Shown here: positions 29,593 to 39,285 of the stretch, piece after piece
Layout of the letters: each line of letters opens with the position of its first letter
How positions within the stretch are numbered: position 1 is the first letter of the stretch
NCBI GenBank assembly: GCA_022844485.1
Contig: JALHLQ010000003.1
Coordinates: 41,921-105,920, forward strand
DNA: 64,000 nucleotides
Direction of reading: 5' to 3'
Source: Xanthobacteraceae bacterium
GTDB lineage: Bacteria > Pseudomonadota > Alphaproteobacteria > Rhizobiales > Xanthobacteraceae
Notes under the pieces: model-generated
Seen by the model: only the letters and a program-made list of their open reading frames with translations
Told to the model about the DNA's origin: nothing
Databases searched by the model: none
Position numbers and translations under genes: made by a program

Positions 29593-30915
29593 TCACCGCT
29601 GAGCTTTCGCCGCCGCGGGCGCGGGCCTCCAAATGCTTGCCTGCTCAAGGCGCAGCCGGTCGCAAAGGCGATCCTTCGGCAACTCGACGTCTGCGTAGGT
29701 CAGCACCGTATCGCGCTTGATATTGCGGATCACGCGGCAGCCAACGGCGATGCCGATCGGCAAGAGATCCTGGGCGGCGGCGACATCGGCGTTTTCCGCC
29801 AAGCCATAAGCCGTGTAGCCACCAAGCTGATCGATGACCTCGCCGGCCTCGAGGTCGCGTTTGGCGGCGGCCACGACGTCCACCTGGGGCGCGCCGCACG
29901 GGGCGATGGTTGCGTCATGGAATAATGCAGCCCGCGCGATCGTCGTCGGGACCTCAAAATGGCAGAGATGATAGGGCGTATAGAAGCAATAGAGGGGACC
30001 GGAGCCAAGCTTATAGAGATTGAGATAATGCCTTTGGGTCTGGTTCTCGATCGTCCCGAGCACGAACACGCCTGGTGACGGAGCGGCACCGACCACGTAG
30101 TCCACAACACCCGGCCCTGCCAGCAACTCGTCAGCCGAAAACAACCGGGCTGCCTCTTCGATCGGCGTGCCCGCCGGAACCGTAAAGCCGTGCATACCGC
30201 GCCTGGCGACACGCATTCCGGTCGCGTTCGCAACAATCGCCTGCTCGAAGGAAATCTTCGTTCCATCGGCGAAGGATGTGACCATGCCGGGATTCTGGCC
30301 CCATCGTTGCGCGAAGTCACGCTGTGTGGTTGGCGTGCGGTAGGGATCATGCAGTCCCTTGATGTTGCCGCAGAGAACGGGACGGACGCCGATCCCTTTC
30401 ACGAACCGATACAGATTCATGATCACTCCCGGCTGATCGCCATCGGTGTTCGTGAAGATGACCCCGGCGGCATCGGCTTTCATCTTCAGGATCGGCCCGA
30501 GCGTCCCGTCGAGCTCCGCATTCATGAGCACGACGTGCTTGCGGCTCTCGATCGCCGCCAGCAAGGCCGGGAGAACCGGTTCGATGGCGCCGGTGACGTC
30601 GAGGAGCACGTCGATGGCATCGGCCTCCGCCAGCAGTCGCGGCTCGCTCGTCACCACCCCCCGCCCGGCCCGAAGGGCGGAGCGGACGGCGCTGGCGGTC
30701 GAGCATTCGACCACATTGGTTTCGCCCGCGTCGCGGAATGCCCGGCCGGCATTCTCGACCGTTCTATTGGCGATGCCGACGACGCGGATGCCCGGAGAAG
30801 CCGTTGCGACCTGCAGCGCGATCCCGCGCGCCATGAAACCCGCGCCGATCATGCCGACTCGGATCGGCGAATTCTTGCTCGCTTGCCGTGCCAGAGCCGT
30901 ATCGACGATGATCAT
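29593..30915 (-). CDS. NAD(P)-dependent oxidoreductase with C-terminal SAF domain (homoserine-dehydrogenase-like)
   Basis: IGAGFMARG, DGDQPG, SFADGTK, PYHL, AKRDLEAGEVID..GG SAF region. Confidence 0.9.
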   Translation of the reverse strand: MIIVDTALARQASKNSPIRVGMIGAGFMARGIALQVATASPGIRVVGIANRTVENAGRAFRDAGETNVVECSTASAVRSALRAGRGVVTSEPRLLAEADAIDVLLDVTGAIEPVLPALLAAIESRKHVVLMNAELDGTLGPILKMKADAAGVIFTNTDGDQPGVIMNLYRFVKGIGVRPVLCGNIKGLHDPYRTPTTQRDFAQRWGQNPGMVTSFADGTKISFEQAIVANATGMRVARRGMHGFTVPAGTPIEEAARLFSADELLAGPGVVDYVVGAAPSPGVFVLGTIENQTQRHYLNLYKLGSGPLYCFYTPYHLCHFEVPTTIARAALFHDATIAPCGAPQVDVVAAAKRDLEAGEVIDQLGGYTAYGLAENADVAAAQDLLPIGIAVGCRVIRNIKRDTVLTYADVELPKDRLCDRLRLEQASIWRPAPAAAKAQR

Positions 30916-30990
30916 CTCGCGCGTCCTTGTGGATGTCGGGGACGGCTTGCGCTACAAAGCAATGGGGGAGAATGGAGGTCGGATCGGATC

Positions 30991-31539
30991 ATGATTTTCA
31001 CTCCTGCCACTCTCCCCGGCGCTGTCCTGATCGACATCCAAAGAAAGCACGACGAGCGGGGCTACTTTGCGCGCACGATGTGCCGCGATGAATTTGCCAG
31101 CCGCGAACTGGCCGCCGATTTCGTCCAGTCCAATCACTCCTTCAACCGGCGCGAAGGGACTTTGCGGGGCTTGCACATGCAGGCGAGCCCGCACGCCGAG
31201 GTGAAGCTCGTTCGTTGCGTCCGCGGAGCGATCTATGACGTGATCGTCGATCTGCGGCCCTCGTCGCCGGCCTATTTGCGCTGGGAGGGTTTTGAACTCT
31301 CCGCCGACAATGGTCGAATGCTTTATGTCCCGGAAGGCTTCGCCCACGGCTTCCAGACGCTGTGCGACGACACCGACGTCACCTACCAAGTCTCGCACCC
31401 TTATGTCCCCGGCGCGGAGATCGGTGTCCGCTACAACGATCCGACCTTCAACATTGCCTGGCCGCTGCCGGTCGCCGTCATTTCGCCGAAGGACGCGTCC
31501 TGGCCGGACTTCAGGCAGATCGAAGCGATGTCGGCGTGA
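30991..31539 (+). CDS. rfbC: NDP-4-keto-sugar 3,5-epimerase (RfbC/RmlC cupin)
   Basis: DERGYFAR, GTLRGLH, KLVRCVRGAIYDVIVDLR, VPEGFAHGFQTL. Confidence 0.93.
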   Translation: MIFTPATLPGAVLIDIQRKHDERGYFARTMCRDEFASRELAADFVQSNHSFNRREGTLRGLHMQASPHAEVKLVRCVRGAIYDVIVDLRPSSPAYLRWEGFELSADNGRMLYVPEGFAHGFQTLCDDTDVTYQVSHPYVPGAEIGVRYNDPTFNIAWPLPVAVISPKDASWPDFRQIEAMSA

Positions 31540-32585
31540 TCGGGCAAGTCGACCCAGCGCAAGTCTTGGCCGAGCTGGCGGCTGTCCTTGAGATACCGAA
31601 GCTCGGCGAGCCGCGTGAAAGGCGGCGCTTTGAACACCTCCTCCGTCAGTCCGACTCGCTCGAAGATCAGGCGAAGCTGCGCCGCGCCGTGCTCGAGCGA
31701 CCAGCGGCACTTGAACTCAGGCATATGCGCGCGGATCTTTTCGAAAGAGACCCGGTAGCTTCGTGAGTCGCCATCCGAATTTCCCAAGCTGAGGCGGCAA
31801 TCCGGAAAAGTCTCGTTCACGACTTCGGCAATTTCGCGGATGCGATAGTTCTGCTCGTCGGCGCCGACATTGAATGCCTCGCCCGCGACCGCCTCGTGCG
31901 GCGCCTTGAGGGCGCAGAGAATGGCCTGGCAGAGATCGTCGACATGCACGAGCGGCCGCCAGGGCGAGCCGTCGCTGGTCATGCGGATTTGTTTCGTCGT
32001 CCAGGCCCAGCCGGCGAGATTGTTCAGCACAAGATCGAACCGCTGACGCGGACTGGCGCCGAAGGCCGTCGCGTTGCGCAGGAAGACGGGAGCGAAGGTT
32101 GGAGTGGCCAGGGTCTTCACGTCCCGTTCGACAAGAACCTTGCAGCGGGCATACGCGGTTTGCGGATTGACGGAGGATTCTTCAGTCCGCGCATCGCTCC
32201 CGCCCGCACCGTAGATGCTGCAGGAGGAGGCATAGACAAATCGGCGCACGCCCGCTTCACGGCACAGCCGTGCCAGCCTGACCGAAGTGTGATGGTTGAT
32301 CTCGAAGGTCAGGCCTTGATCCTGCTCGCCGAGCGGATCGTTGGAGAGTTCCGCGAGGTGAATGACGGCATAGGCACCGTCGAGGTCCTCGCGCGCGATT
32401 TCGCGCGTATCCTTGGTCAGCACCATCGGACGCGTTCGCCGATCGTCGAACAGCCACCCTCGACGGTAGAACCCGGTATCGATGCCCACGGCGGCATATC
32501 CGGCATCGAGAAGCTTGGGCCCGAGCACGGCGCCGATATAGCCGTCCGCCCCGGTAAAGATGACTTTCAAGGGACGGGGCGTCAT
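31431..32585 (-). CDS. Extended-SDR NDP-sugar epimerase/oxidoreductase
   Basis: TGADGYIG, HLAELSNDP, ASSCSIYG, YARCK; C-terminus runs antisense into rfbC. Confidence 0.9.
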   Translation of the reverse strand: MTPRPLKVIFTGADGYIGAVLGPKLLDAGYAAVGIDTGFYRRGWLFDDRRTRPMVLTKDTREIAREDLDGAYAVIHLAELSNDPLGEQDQGLTFEINHHTSVRLARLCREAGVRRFVYASSCSIYGAGGSDARTEESSVNPQTAYARCKVLVERDVKTLATPTFAPVFLRNATAFGASPRQRFDLVLNNLAGWAWTTKQIRMTSDGSPWRPLVHVDDLCQAILCALKAPHEAVAGEAFNVGADEQNYRIREIAEVVNETFPDCRLSLGNSDGDSRSYRVSFEKIRAHMPEFKCRWSLEHGAAQLRLIFERVGLTEEVFKAPPFTRLAELRYLKDSRQLGQDLRWVDLPDHADIASICLKSGQDASFGEMTATGSGQAMLKVGSL

Positions 32586-33424
32586 CAGTGCACCGGGTTC
32601 GGCACGGGAACGGCCGAGGGCGCAAGGGTGGGCATTTGGATATCATGCTGCGTATTCCAGACGCGCCACGGCGGGTCGCCGCTGTCCCAGAGATCCTGCA
32701 GCAGCGCCTTGTCGCGCAACGTATCCATGTTCTGCCAGAACCCGGCATGGCGAAAAACGGCCAATTGCCCGGCGGCGACGAGTTGCTGCATCGGCTCGTT
32801 TTCCCACACCGTATCGTCGCCGCTGACGAGATCAAGCGCGCAGGGTTCGAGAACGAAGAAACCACCATTGATCAGATGGCCGTCATCGGTGTGCTTTTCG
32901 CGGAAGCTTTCCGCGCGCGGCTGGTCCTTCGCGATGCCGAGAACCCCGTAGCGCCCGCGCTGCTGCACGGCGGTCACCGTGGCCATCGCTCCTTCTTTGC
33001 GGTGAAAAGCAACGAGCTTGCCGATGTCCAAGTCGGTGACCCCGTCTCCGTAGGTGAGGCAGAAAGTCCCGTCGAGGTAGTCTTTGACGCGCTTGATCCG
33101 CCCGCCGGTCATGGTCGAGATGCCGGTGTCCACCAGCGAGACGCGCCAAGGTTCGGTCCGTGACCGATTGAATTCGACCCGGTTGGTCTCCAGGTCGATC
33201 GTGACATCGGAGTTCCTTTGAAAGAACTCGAGAAAATACGACTTGATGAGATCGCCTTTATAGCCGCAGCAAATCACGAAGTCGTTGAAGCCGAAGCTCG
33301 AATAGATCTTCATGATATGCCAAATAATCGGGCGCCCTCCGATCTCTACGAGCGGCTTCGGGATGACGCGCGTCTCCTCGCTGAGCCGCGTGCCATAACC
33401 GCCAGCCAGAATGACAACTTTCAC
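32585..33424 (-). CDS. rfbF: Glucose-1-phosphate cytidylyltransferase
   Basis: VILAGGYGTRLSEET..IPKPLVEIG, TMTGGRIKR, LTYGDG, FWQNMDTLRD; GTG start. Confidence 0.95.
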   Translation of the reverse strand: MKVVILAGGYGTRLSEETRVIPKPLVEIGGRPIIWHIMKIYSSFGFNDFVICCGYKGDLIKSYFLEFFQRNSDVTIDLETNRVEFNRSRTEPWRVSLVDTGISTMTGGRIKRVKDYLDGTFCLTYGDGVTDLDIGKLVAFHRKEGAMATVTAVQQRGRYGVLGIAKDQPRAESFREKHTDDGHLINGGFFVLEPCALDLVSGDDTVWENEPMQQLVAAGQLAVFRHAGFWQNMDTLRDKALLQDLWDSGDPPWRVWNTQHDIQMPTLAPSAVPVPNPVH

Positions 33425-33660
33425 GATGGAATGCCCCAGACCATGTTCATCAGGGCAACCGGGTCTCCCAGCGTTTGTTCCTGGTTCCGTCTTTTTTCTT
33501 GGGAATTCCATGCTGCCAGGCCCTCGCAGGTGCGGCCGGCGGCCAACCTGTGCTAACCCTAGGCGACAAAGAACGGGCCCCGCGTTGCTTTGCCGGAATT
33601 CGGAACTATATTGCAGCGCAACCGCGGGCGTTCTGGCCCGCGGTATGCATTTAGGCCGCC

Positions 33661-35493
33661 ATGCAGCTTCGTAATATCGCCATCATTGCCCATGTCGATC
33701 ACGGCAAGACCACGCTCGTCGATCGCCTGCTCCACCAATCGGGGGCCTTCCGCGAGAATCAGCGCGTGGCCGAACGCGCCATGGATTCCAACGACCTCGA
33801 GCGCGAGCGCGGGATCACGATCCTTGCTAAGGTGACGTCGATCGTCTGGAACGATGCGCGGATCAACATCGTCGACACGCCCGGCCACGCCGATTTCGGC
33901 GGGGAGGTCGAGCGCATCCTCAACATGGTCGACGGTGCGATCGTGCTGGTCGACGCCGCCGAAGGGCCGCTGCCGCAAACGAAATTCGTGGTCACCAAGG
34001 CGCTCAAGATGGGGCTCAAGCCGATCGTCGCCATCAACAAGGTCGATCGCTCCGACGCCCGGCCGACCGCCGTCGTCAATGAGGTGTTCGACCTTTTCGC
34101 AGCCCTCGATGCCACCGACGAGCAGCTTGATTTTCCCATCCTGTATGGCTCGGCCAAGGAGGGGTGGATGGCCGCGGGCCCCGAGGGGCCGAAGGAATCG
34201 ATGGCACCGCTGTTCGACCTCGTGCTGCGCCATGTGCCGGCTCCCGTGGTCGAGGAGGGCGCGTTCCGCATGCTCGGCACGATCCTCGAAGCCAATCCCT
34301 ATCTCGGACGAATCGTCACCGGCCGAATTACCTCAGGCAGCGTCAAGCCGAACCAGCAGGTGAAGGTCATCGATCGCGAGGGCGCGCTTGTTGAGCAGGG
34401 CCGGGTCACCAAGGTTCTCGCCTTTCGCGGGCTGGACCGAACCGGCATCGACGAGGCAATTGCGGGGGACATCGTCTCGCTCGCGGGGCTGCCGAACGCC
34501 ACCGTCGCGCACACGATCTGCTCGCCGGATGTCACGGTCCCGCTGCCGGCGCAGCCGATCGACCCGCCGACGCTGGCGATGACTTTTCGCGTGAATGATT
34601 CGCCGCTCGCCGGCACCGAAGGCACGAAGGTGACGAGCCGCATGATTCGCGACCGCCTTTTGCGCGAAGCGGAAGGCAATGTGGCACTGCGGGTCACCGA
34701 AGCCGCGGACAAAGACTCGATGGAGGTCGCAGGACGGGGCGAATTGCAGCTCGGCATCCTGATCGAGACGATGCGGCGCGAAGGCTTCGAACTCAGCGTC
34801 TCGCGCCCCAAGGTGCTGATGCAGCGCGACGCCGAAACAGGCGAACTGTTGGAGCCGATCGAGGAGGTGGTGATCGACCTCGACGAGGAGCACTCCGGCA
34901 TCGTCGTGCAAAAGATGGCGGAGCGCAAAGCCGAGATGATCGAGATGCGGCCGTCGGGCGGCGGCCGCCTGCGGCTCGTGTTCCATGCGCCGACGCGCGG
35001 ATTGATCGGCTATCAGGGCGAACTCCTCACCGACACGCGCGGCACGGCCATCATGAATCGCCTCTTTCATGGCTACGCCCCTCACAAGGGCGCGATTCAA
35101 GGCCGTCGCAACGGCGTGTTGATTTCCAACGACGCCGGCGAAGCCGTCGCTTACGCGCTGTGGAATCTCGAAGACCGCGGCCCGATGATGATCGAGCCCG
35201 GCTGGAAGGTCTATCGCGGCATGATCGTCGGCGAGCACACGCGCGACAATGATCTCGAAGTGAACGTGCTCAAGGGCAAGAAGCTCACCAACATCCGCAC
35301 GACCTCCAAGGACGAAGCCGTGCGGCTGACGCCGCCGATCCGCATGACGCTCGAGAAGGCGCTCGCCTATGTTCAAGACGACGAGCTGGTCGAGGTGACG
35401 CCGCGCTCGATCCGCTTGCGCAAGGCGACCCTCGATCCGAACGATCGCAAGCGCGAGGTGCGCCGGCGCGAGGCGGAGGCCGAGGCGGTATGA
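33661..35493 (+). CDS. typA: Translational GTPase TypA/BipA
   Basis: AHVDHGKTTLVD, DTPGHADFGGEVER, NKVD, GRGELQL. Confidence 0.98.
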   Translation: MQLRNIAIIAHVDHGKTTLVDRLLHQSGAFRENQRVAERAMDSNDLERERGITILAKVTSIVWNDARINIVDTPGHADFGGEVERILNMVDGAIVLVDAAEGPLPQTKFVVTKALKMGLKPIVAINKVDRSDARPTAVVNEVFDLFAALDATDEQLDFPILYGSAKEGWMAAGPEGPKESMAPLFDLVLRHVPAPVVEEGAFRMLGTILEANPYLGRIVTGRITSGSVKPNQQVKVIDREGALVEQGRVTKVLAFRGLDRTGIDEAIAGDIVSLAGLPNATVAHTICSPDVTVPLPAQPIDPPTLAMTFRVNDSPLAGTEGTKVTSRMIRDRLLREAEGNVALRVTEAADKDSMEVAGRGELQLGILIETMRREGFELSVSRPKVLMQRDAETGELLEPIEEVVIDLDEEHSGIVVQKMAERKAEMIEMRPSGGGRLRLVFHAPTRGLIGYQGELLTDTRGTAIMNRLFHGYAPHKGAIQGRRNGVLISNDAGEAVAYALWNLEDRGPMMIEPGWKVYRGMIVGEHTRDNDLEVNVLKGKKLTNIRTTSKDEAVRLTPPIRMTLEKALAYVQDDELVEVTPRSIRLRKATLDPNDRKREVRRREAEAEAV

Positions 35494-35546
35494 CTATGAC
35501 AACGTGCCGGGCGGGCAAATGGAAGCCTGCCCGACAGACCTGATCC

Positions 35547-36662
35547 TCACCCCAGAGCCATCGCGCGCGCCTGATGCTGCGCAAGGTCGGAAACCTGCGC
35601 GTAGCGCGCGGCGGCGCGACGGCAAGTCATGAAAGAATCATAGACCCTGCGATTGAATTCGCTCTGCTCGGCGATCTCTCGCAGCATCGCTTCCGAGGTG
35701 CGCGCCTTGGCCTGCACCACGTCGGCCGGGAACGTTCGTATCTGCACGCCCTCGAGCAGCAGTGTCTCGTAGTTCACCGCATTGTGGTAGGTGAAGTCGC
35801 AATAGGTTTCCCAGCATGAGGCAGCCGCCGCCCGCCGGATCACCTCCTGCAGATCCGGGCCGAGACTTGCGAGCGCCTCCTTGTTGATGCTCGCCTCCAG
35901 CATCGGGCCGATCTCGAGCACGCCGGGCATGTAGTAATAGGGCGCCATCTTGTGCAAGCCGGCCTCGCGATCGTTCCATGGCCCGTTCCATTCGACGGCG
36001 TCGAGCTTGCCGCTTGCCATCGCGGCGGCGATCTCGCCGGGCGGCGTGAGAACCGCATCGACGCCCATTCGCTTGAGCACTTCGCCGCCGAAGCCTCCGG
36101 CGCGCATCCTCAAACCCTTCAGATCTTCGACGCTCTTGATTTCCTTCTTGAACCATCCTCCGGCCTGCGGACCCGTCGTGCCGGCCAGCAAAGGTTGAAC
36201 GCCCGCTTTGGCGTAAGCTTCCTCCCAGAGCGCCTGACCGCCGCCGAAGCGCAGCCAGGCGGCGTGTTCGTGCGCCGTCAATCCGAACGGAACGTTGCCA
36301 AAGAAGCGGAACGACGGATTCTTGGCGGCATGGAAATGCGGCGTTGCGTGCAGCATGTCGGCGCGGCCATCGGATACCGCGTCGAACACGGCCAAGGGCG
36401 GCACCAGTTCGCCGGCGGCGAAGACGCGCACTTTCAATCGGCCGGCGGACATCAGGTCGATCATGTCGGCGAGGCGTTGCGCGTTGGCGCCGAGCCCCGC
36501 CGAGCCTTTCGGCCATGCGGTCACCATGCGCAATTCGCGCGGCGCGCCTTGGGCGCTCACGATCGCAGGCGCCGCCACGACGGCGCCGATGCCCCCTGCT
36601 ACCGTAATCACGTCGCGGCGAGTCATAGCGGGTCGTCCAGCCTCATCCGTACCAATGCTCAT
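35547..36662 (-). CDS. TRAP transporter substrate-binding protein DctP (TakP-like)
   Basis: Tat signal MTRRDV..AAPAIVSAQ, AGGWFKKEIKSVEDLKGLRMR, DAVEWNGPWND. Confidence 0.92.
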   Translation of the reverse strand: MSIGTDEAGRPAMTRRDVITVAGGIGAVVAAPAIVSAQGAPRELRMVTAWPKGSAGLGANAQRLADMIDLMSAGRLKVRVFAAGELVPPLAVFDAVSDGRADMLHATPHFHAAKNPSFRFFGNVPFGLTAHEHAAWLRFGGGQALWEEAYAKAGVQPLLAGTTGPQAGGWFKKEIKSVEDLKGLRMRAGGFGGEVLKRMGVDAVLTPPGEIAAAMASGKLDAVEWNGPWNDREAGLHKMAPYYYMPGVLEIGPMLEASINKEALASLGPDLQEVIRRAAAASCWETYCDFTYHNAVNYETLLLEGVQIRTFPADVVQAKARTSEAMLREIAEQSEFNRRVYDSFMTCRRAAARYAQVSDLAQHQARAMALG

Positions 36663-36851
36663 GGGGTCCTCCCTGCCCTCCGTCATTTCACGGAGCGGCG
36701 GGCGGATGTTCGCCGACTTTGCGGCGCTTGGAAAGCAAATCGCGGGCACTCTTTCGGGGAAGCGGACAAGCGTGGCGGAAATCCGCCGGTCCGCTCGAAG
36801 ACCAGCCTCCAGAACATGAGTGATGCAGCAAAGCAACGCTTGCAATCACTG

Positions 36852-36867
36852 TTAACTCTTCGTTAAC
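36852..36867 (+). promoter_or_regulatory. CtrA-binding box
   Basis: TTAA-CTCTTCG-TTAAC, exact TTAA-N7-TTAAC consensus between divergent dctP and GNAT genes. Confidence 0.7.
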
Positions 36868-36909
36868 AATAGACTTGATCGTCGAGGGGACGCGAGTTTC
36901 AATCCGACC

Positions 36910-37419
36910 ATGAGCACGGTTCTAATAGAGATTCGCCGGGCCAAACCGGCAGACGCGCAAGTCGTTGCGGAGACCCACGATGAGGCGTGGCGCTCTGCTT
37001 ACCAGGGGATCATTCCGGGGCCCGAACTTGAGAAGCTGATCAATCGGCGCGGTCCGGTGTGGTGGGAAAACGCCATTGCCAAGGGCAGCCGCGTCGCGAT
37101 GCTGGGCTTTGGGGACCGGGTGGCCGGATACGTCAACTACGGTCGCAATCGCGCGCGCAGCCTGTTCTATGACGGCGAGATCTACGAGCTCTATCTGCGT
37201 CCAGAATTCCAGGGACTGGGGTTTGGACGCCGTCTTTTCACCGCCGCGCGCCGCGATCTCGCGCAGAGCGGATTGAAGAGCCTCGTCGTCTGGGCGCTGA
37301 CCGACAACGATCCGGCGGTGAACTTCTATCGCGCGCTTGGCGGCCGAGCCGTGGCGCGCTCCTCCGAGCGGTTCGGCACCAAGGTCTTGGATAAGGTCGC
37401 CTACGCCTGGCAGCAGTAG
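36910..37419 (+). CDS. GNAT family N-acetyltransferase
   Basis: LYLRPEFQGLGFGRRL acetyl-CoA motif, N..AVNFYRALG. Confidence 0.93.
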   Translation: MSTVLIEIRRAKPADAQVVAETHDEAWRSAYQGIIPGPELEKLINRRGPVWWENAIAKGSRVAMLGFGDRVAGYVNYGRNRARSLFYDGEIYELYLRPEFQGLGFGRRLFTAARRDLAQSGLKSLVVWALTDNDPAVNFYRALGGRAVARSSERFGTKVLDKVAYAWQQ

Positions 37420-37543
37420 CGCGCGATCCCGAAAAGTGGATCCCGGTTTTCGGACAAGATCGCGCGAATCATAGCGCGCGATCCCGAAAAGTGGATCCCG
37501 GTTTTCGGACAGGATCGCGTGCAACCGCAATCATAGCGCATGA
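37417..37543. repeat. REP/RIME-like palindromic element, two tandem copies (55-bp period) plus partial third
   Basis: TAGCGCGCGATCCCGAAAAGTGGATCCCGGTTTTCGGACAAGATCGCGCG at 37417 and a near-identical copy at 37472. Confidence 0.9.
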
Positions 37544-37551
37544 GACGCCGA

Positions 37552-38433
37552 TCAGAGCGTTGTGCTGACGCCGATGATCGTGCAGGCCGCGCGAACGGTA
37601 TTTGCAAGCAGACACGCGATCGTCATCGGCCCGACGCCGCCGGGCACCGGCGTGATGGCCCCGGCGACCTCGCGCGCCTCGCTGTAAGCGACGTCGCCGG
37701 CCAGCCGCGGCTTGCCGCCGGCGCCGGGAACGCGGTTGATGCCCACATCGATCACCGTCGCGCCCGGCTTGATCCAGGCGCCGCGCACCATGTGCGCCTG
37801 GCCGACTGCTGCAAAGACGAGGTCGGCGCGGCGGGAGACAGCGGGCAGGTCCTTCGTTTTCGAGTGCGCAATCGTCACTGTTGCGTTCTCGCGCAGCAAG
37901 AGCTGGGCCAGCGGCTTGCCCACGATGTTCGAGCGGCCGATCACGAGCGCGTCGCGTCCCGCCAGCGAGGGATGAATCGTTTTCGCCAGCATAATGCAGC
38001 CGAGCGGCGTGCACGGCACGAGCCCGGGCAACCCGATCGCAAGCCGCCCGGCATTGAGGGGATGGAATCCGTCGACGTCCTTGGCCGGTTCGATGGCCTC
38101 GATCACCGCTTGCGCATCGATGTGCGGGGGCAGCGGTAGTTGCACCAGGATGCCGTGCACGGCCGCGTTCGAATTCAGATCCGAGATCAACGCCAGCAAA
38201 TCGCGCTGCGTTGTGGCCCCGGACAGCCGATGCACCGAGGATTGCATGCCGGCATCGCGCGTCGCCCGCGCCTTGTTCCGGACATAGATCTCGCTCGCCG
38301 GATTATCGCCGATGAGGATCACCGCAAGCCCCGGCACAAGCCGATGCTCGGCCGCCAGCCGGCGGACCTCCAGCGCAATCTTGATGCGCAATTCTGCGGC
38401 GATCGCCTTGCCGTCGATAATGCACGCGGTCAT
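37552..38433 (-). CDS. folD: Methylenetetrahydrofolate dehydrogenase/cyclohydrolase
   Basis: [40 protein letters not shown]. Confidence 0.98.
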   Translation of the reverse strand: MTACIIDGKAIAAELRIKIALEVRRLAAEHRLVPGLAVILIGDNPASEIYVRNKARATRDAGMQSSVHRLSGATTQRDLLALISDLNSNAAVHGILVQLPLPPHIDAQAVIEAIEPAKDVDGFHPLNAGRLAIGLPGLVPCTPLGCIMLAKTIHPSLAGRDALVIGRSNIVGKPLAQLLLRENATVTIAHSKTKDLPAVSRRADLVFAAVGQAHMVRGAWIKPGATVIDVGINRVPGAGGKPRLAGDVAYSEAREVAGAITPVPGGVGPMTIACLLANTVRAACTIIGVSTTL

Positions 38434-38449
38434 CGAGATCCCCGGGCTT

Positions 38450-38651
38450 TCACGCTATGGCGCTATCGATGGCGCGTGCGAGCGCAGCACCGTCGCCGAG
38501 GATCCTGAGCCGCTTCACCCGCGCGGTCGCGCCCGAGATGATTTCGATTCGTCGCGCGAGGACCCGCAGCGCTTGCGTCGCGCGCGGCTTTGGGGGCGAG
38601 GCGCACGGTTACGATCAAGCCGTCGCCGGCGGAGGTCCAGACCTTGCTCAA
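38450..38651 (-). pseudogene. DUF167/YggU family gene with internal deletion and frameshift
   Basis: N-terminus [26 protein letters not shown] in one frame, C-terminus QALRVLARRIEIISGATARVKRLRILGD in another; conserved middle absent; between yggT and folD. Confidence 0.75.
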
Positions 38652-38938
38652 AAGACGTTCGGATAGATGTAGCGGGCGATGACGCTCTGCAGGAAGAAGA
38701 TGATCAGAATGACGATGATAGGAGAGATGTCGATGCCGCCGAGGTTCGGAAGCATCGAACGAATCGGGCGCAGGACTGGCTCGGTGAGCCGATAAAGGAA
38801 ATCGCCGACCGTCGCCACGAACTGATTGTGCGTGTTGACGACGTTGAAGGCCACGAGCCAGGATAGCACGGCCGAGGCGATCAGGAGCCAGACATAGATT
38901 TGCAGCACAAGAAGAATGACGTCGAGAAGCGCTTTCAT
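38648..38938 (-). CDS. yggT: YggT family membrane protein
   Basis: [30 protein letters not shown]. Confidence 0.95.
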   Translation of the reverse strand: MKALLDVILLVLQIYVWLLIASAVLSWLVAFNVVNTHNQFVATVGDFLYRLTEPVLRPIRSMLPNLGGIDISPIIVILIIFFLQSVIARYIYPNVF

Positions 38939-39032
38939 GTGGCTCAGGCCCCGCCGAAGAATCAGCGGCAGATGTAGCGGGAGCGTGGCCGGCAAACAAG
39001 CGCCGCGCCGAAAGCGGCCGATGTTCGGCTTC

Positions 39033-39061
39033 TTGACAGCGCGGAACCCCCCGCCCTAAAT
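39033..39061 (+). promoter_or_regulatory. Putative sigma70 promoter of tRNA-Ala
   Basis: TTGACA-N17-CTAAAT upstream of the tRNA. Confidence 0.6.
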
Positions 39062-39117
39062 GCCCCGCATCTCGCCGGGTCGCGGATACTGGATCGCCGT
39101 GAACCAGACCCGCTTGC

Positions 39118-39193
39118 GGGGCCGTAGCTCAGCTGGGAGAGCGCCGCAATCGCACTGCGGAGGTCAGGGGTTCAAATCCCCTCGGCTCCACCA
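39118..39193 (+). tRNA. tRNA-Ala (anticodon CGC)
   Basis: GGGGCCG acceptor stem, CCGCA-ATCGCAC-TGCGG anticodon arm, GTTCAAATC T-loop, encoded CCA. Confidence 0.96.
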
Positions 39194-39285
39194 TTCCATC
39201 GACCGCCAGTTCGACGATCGCGGCCGGGGCTGGTCCCGGCTCGCGCTTTGTAATTTCCCGGCGTGACGTCGGACCTGACGAGGCC

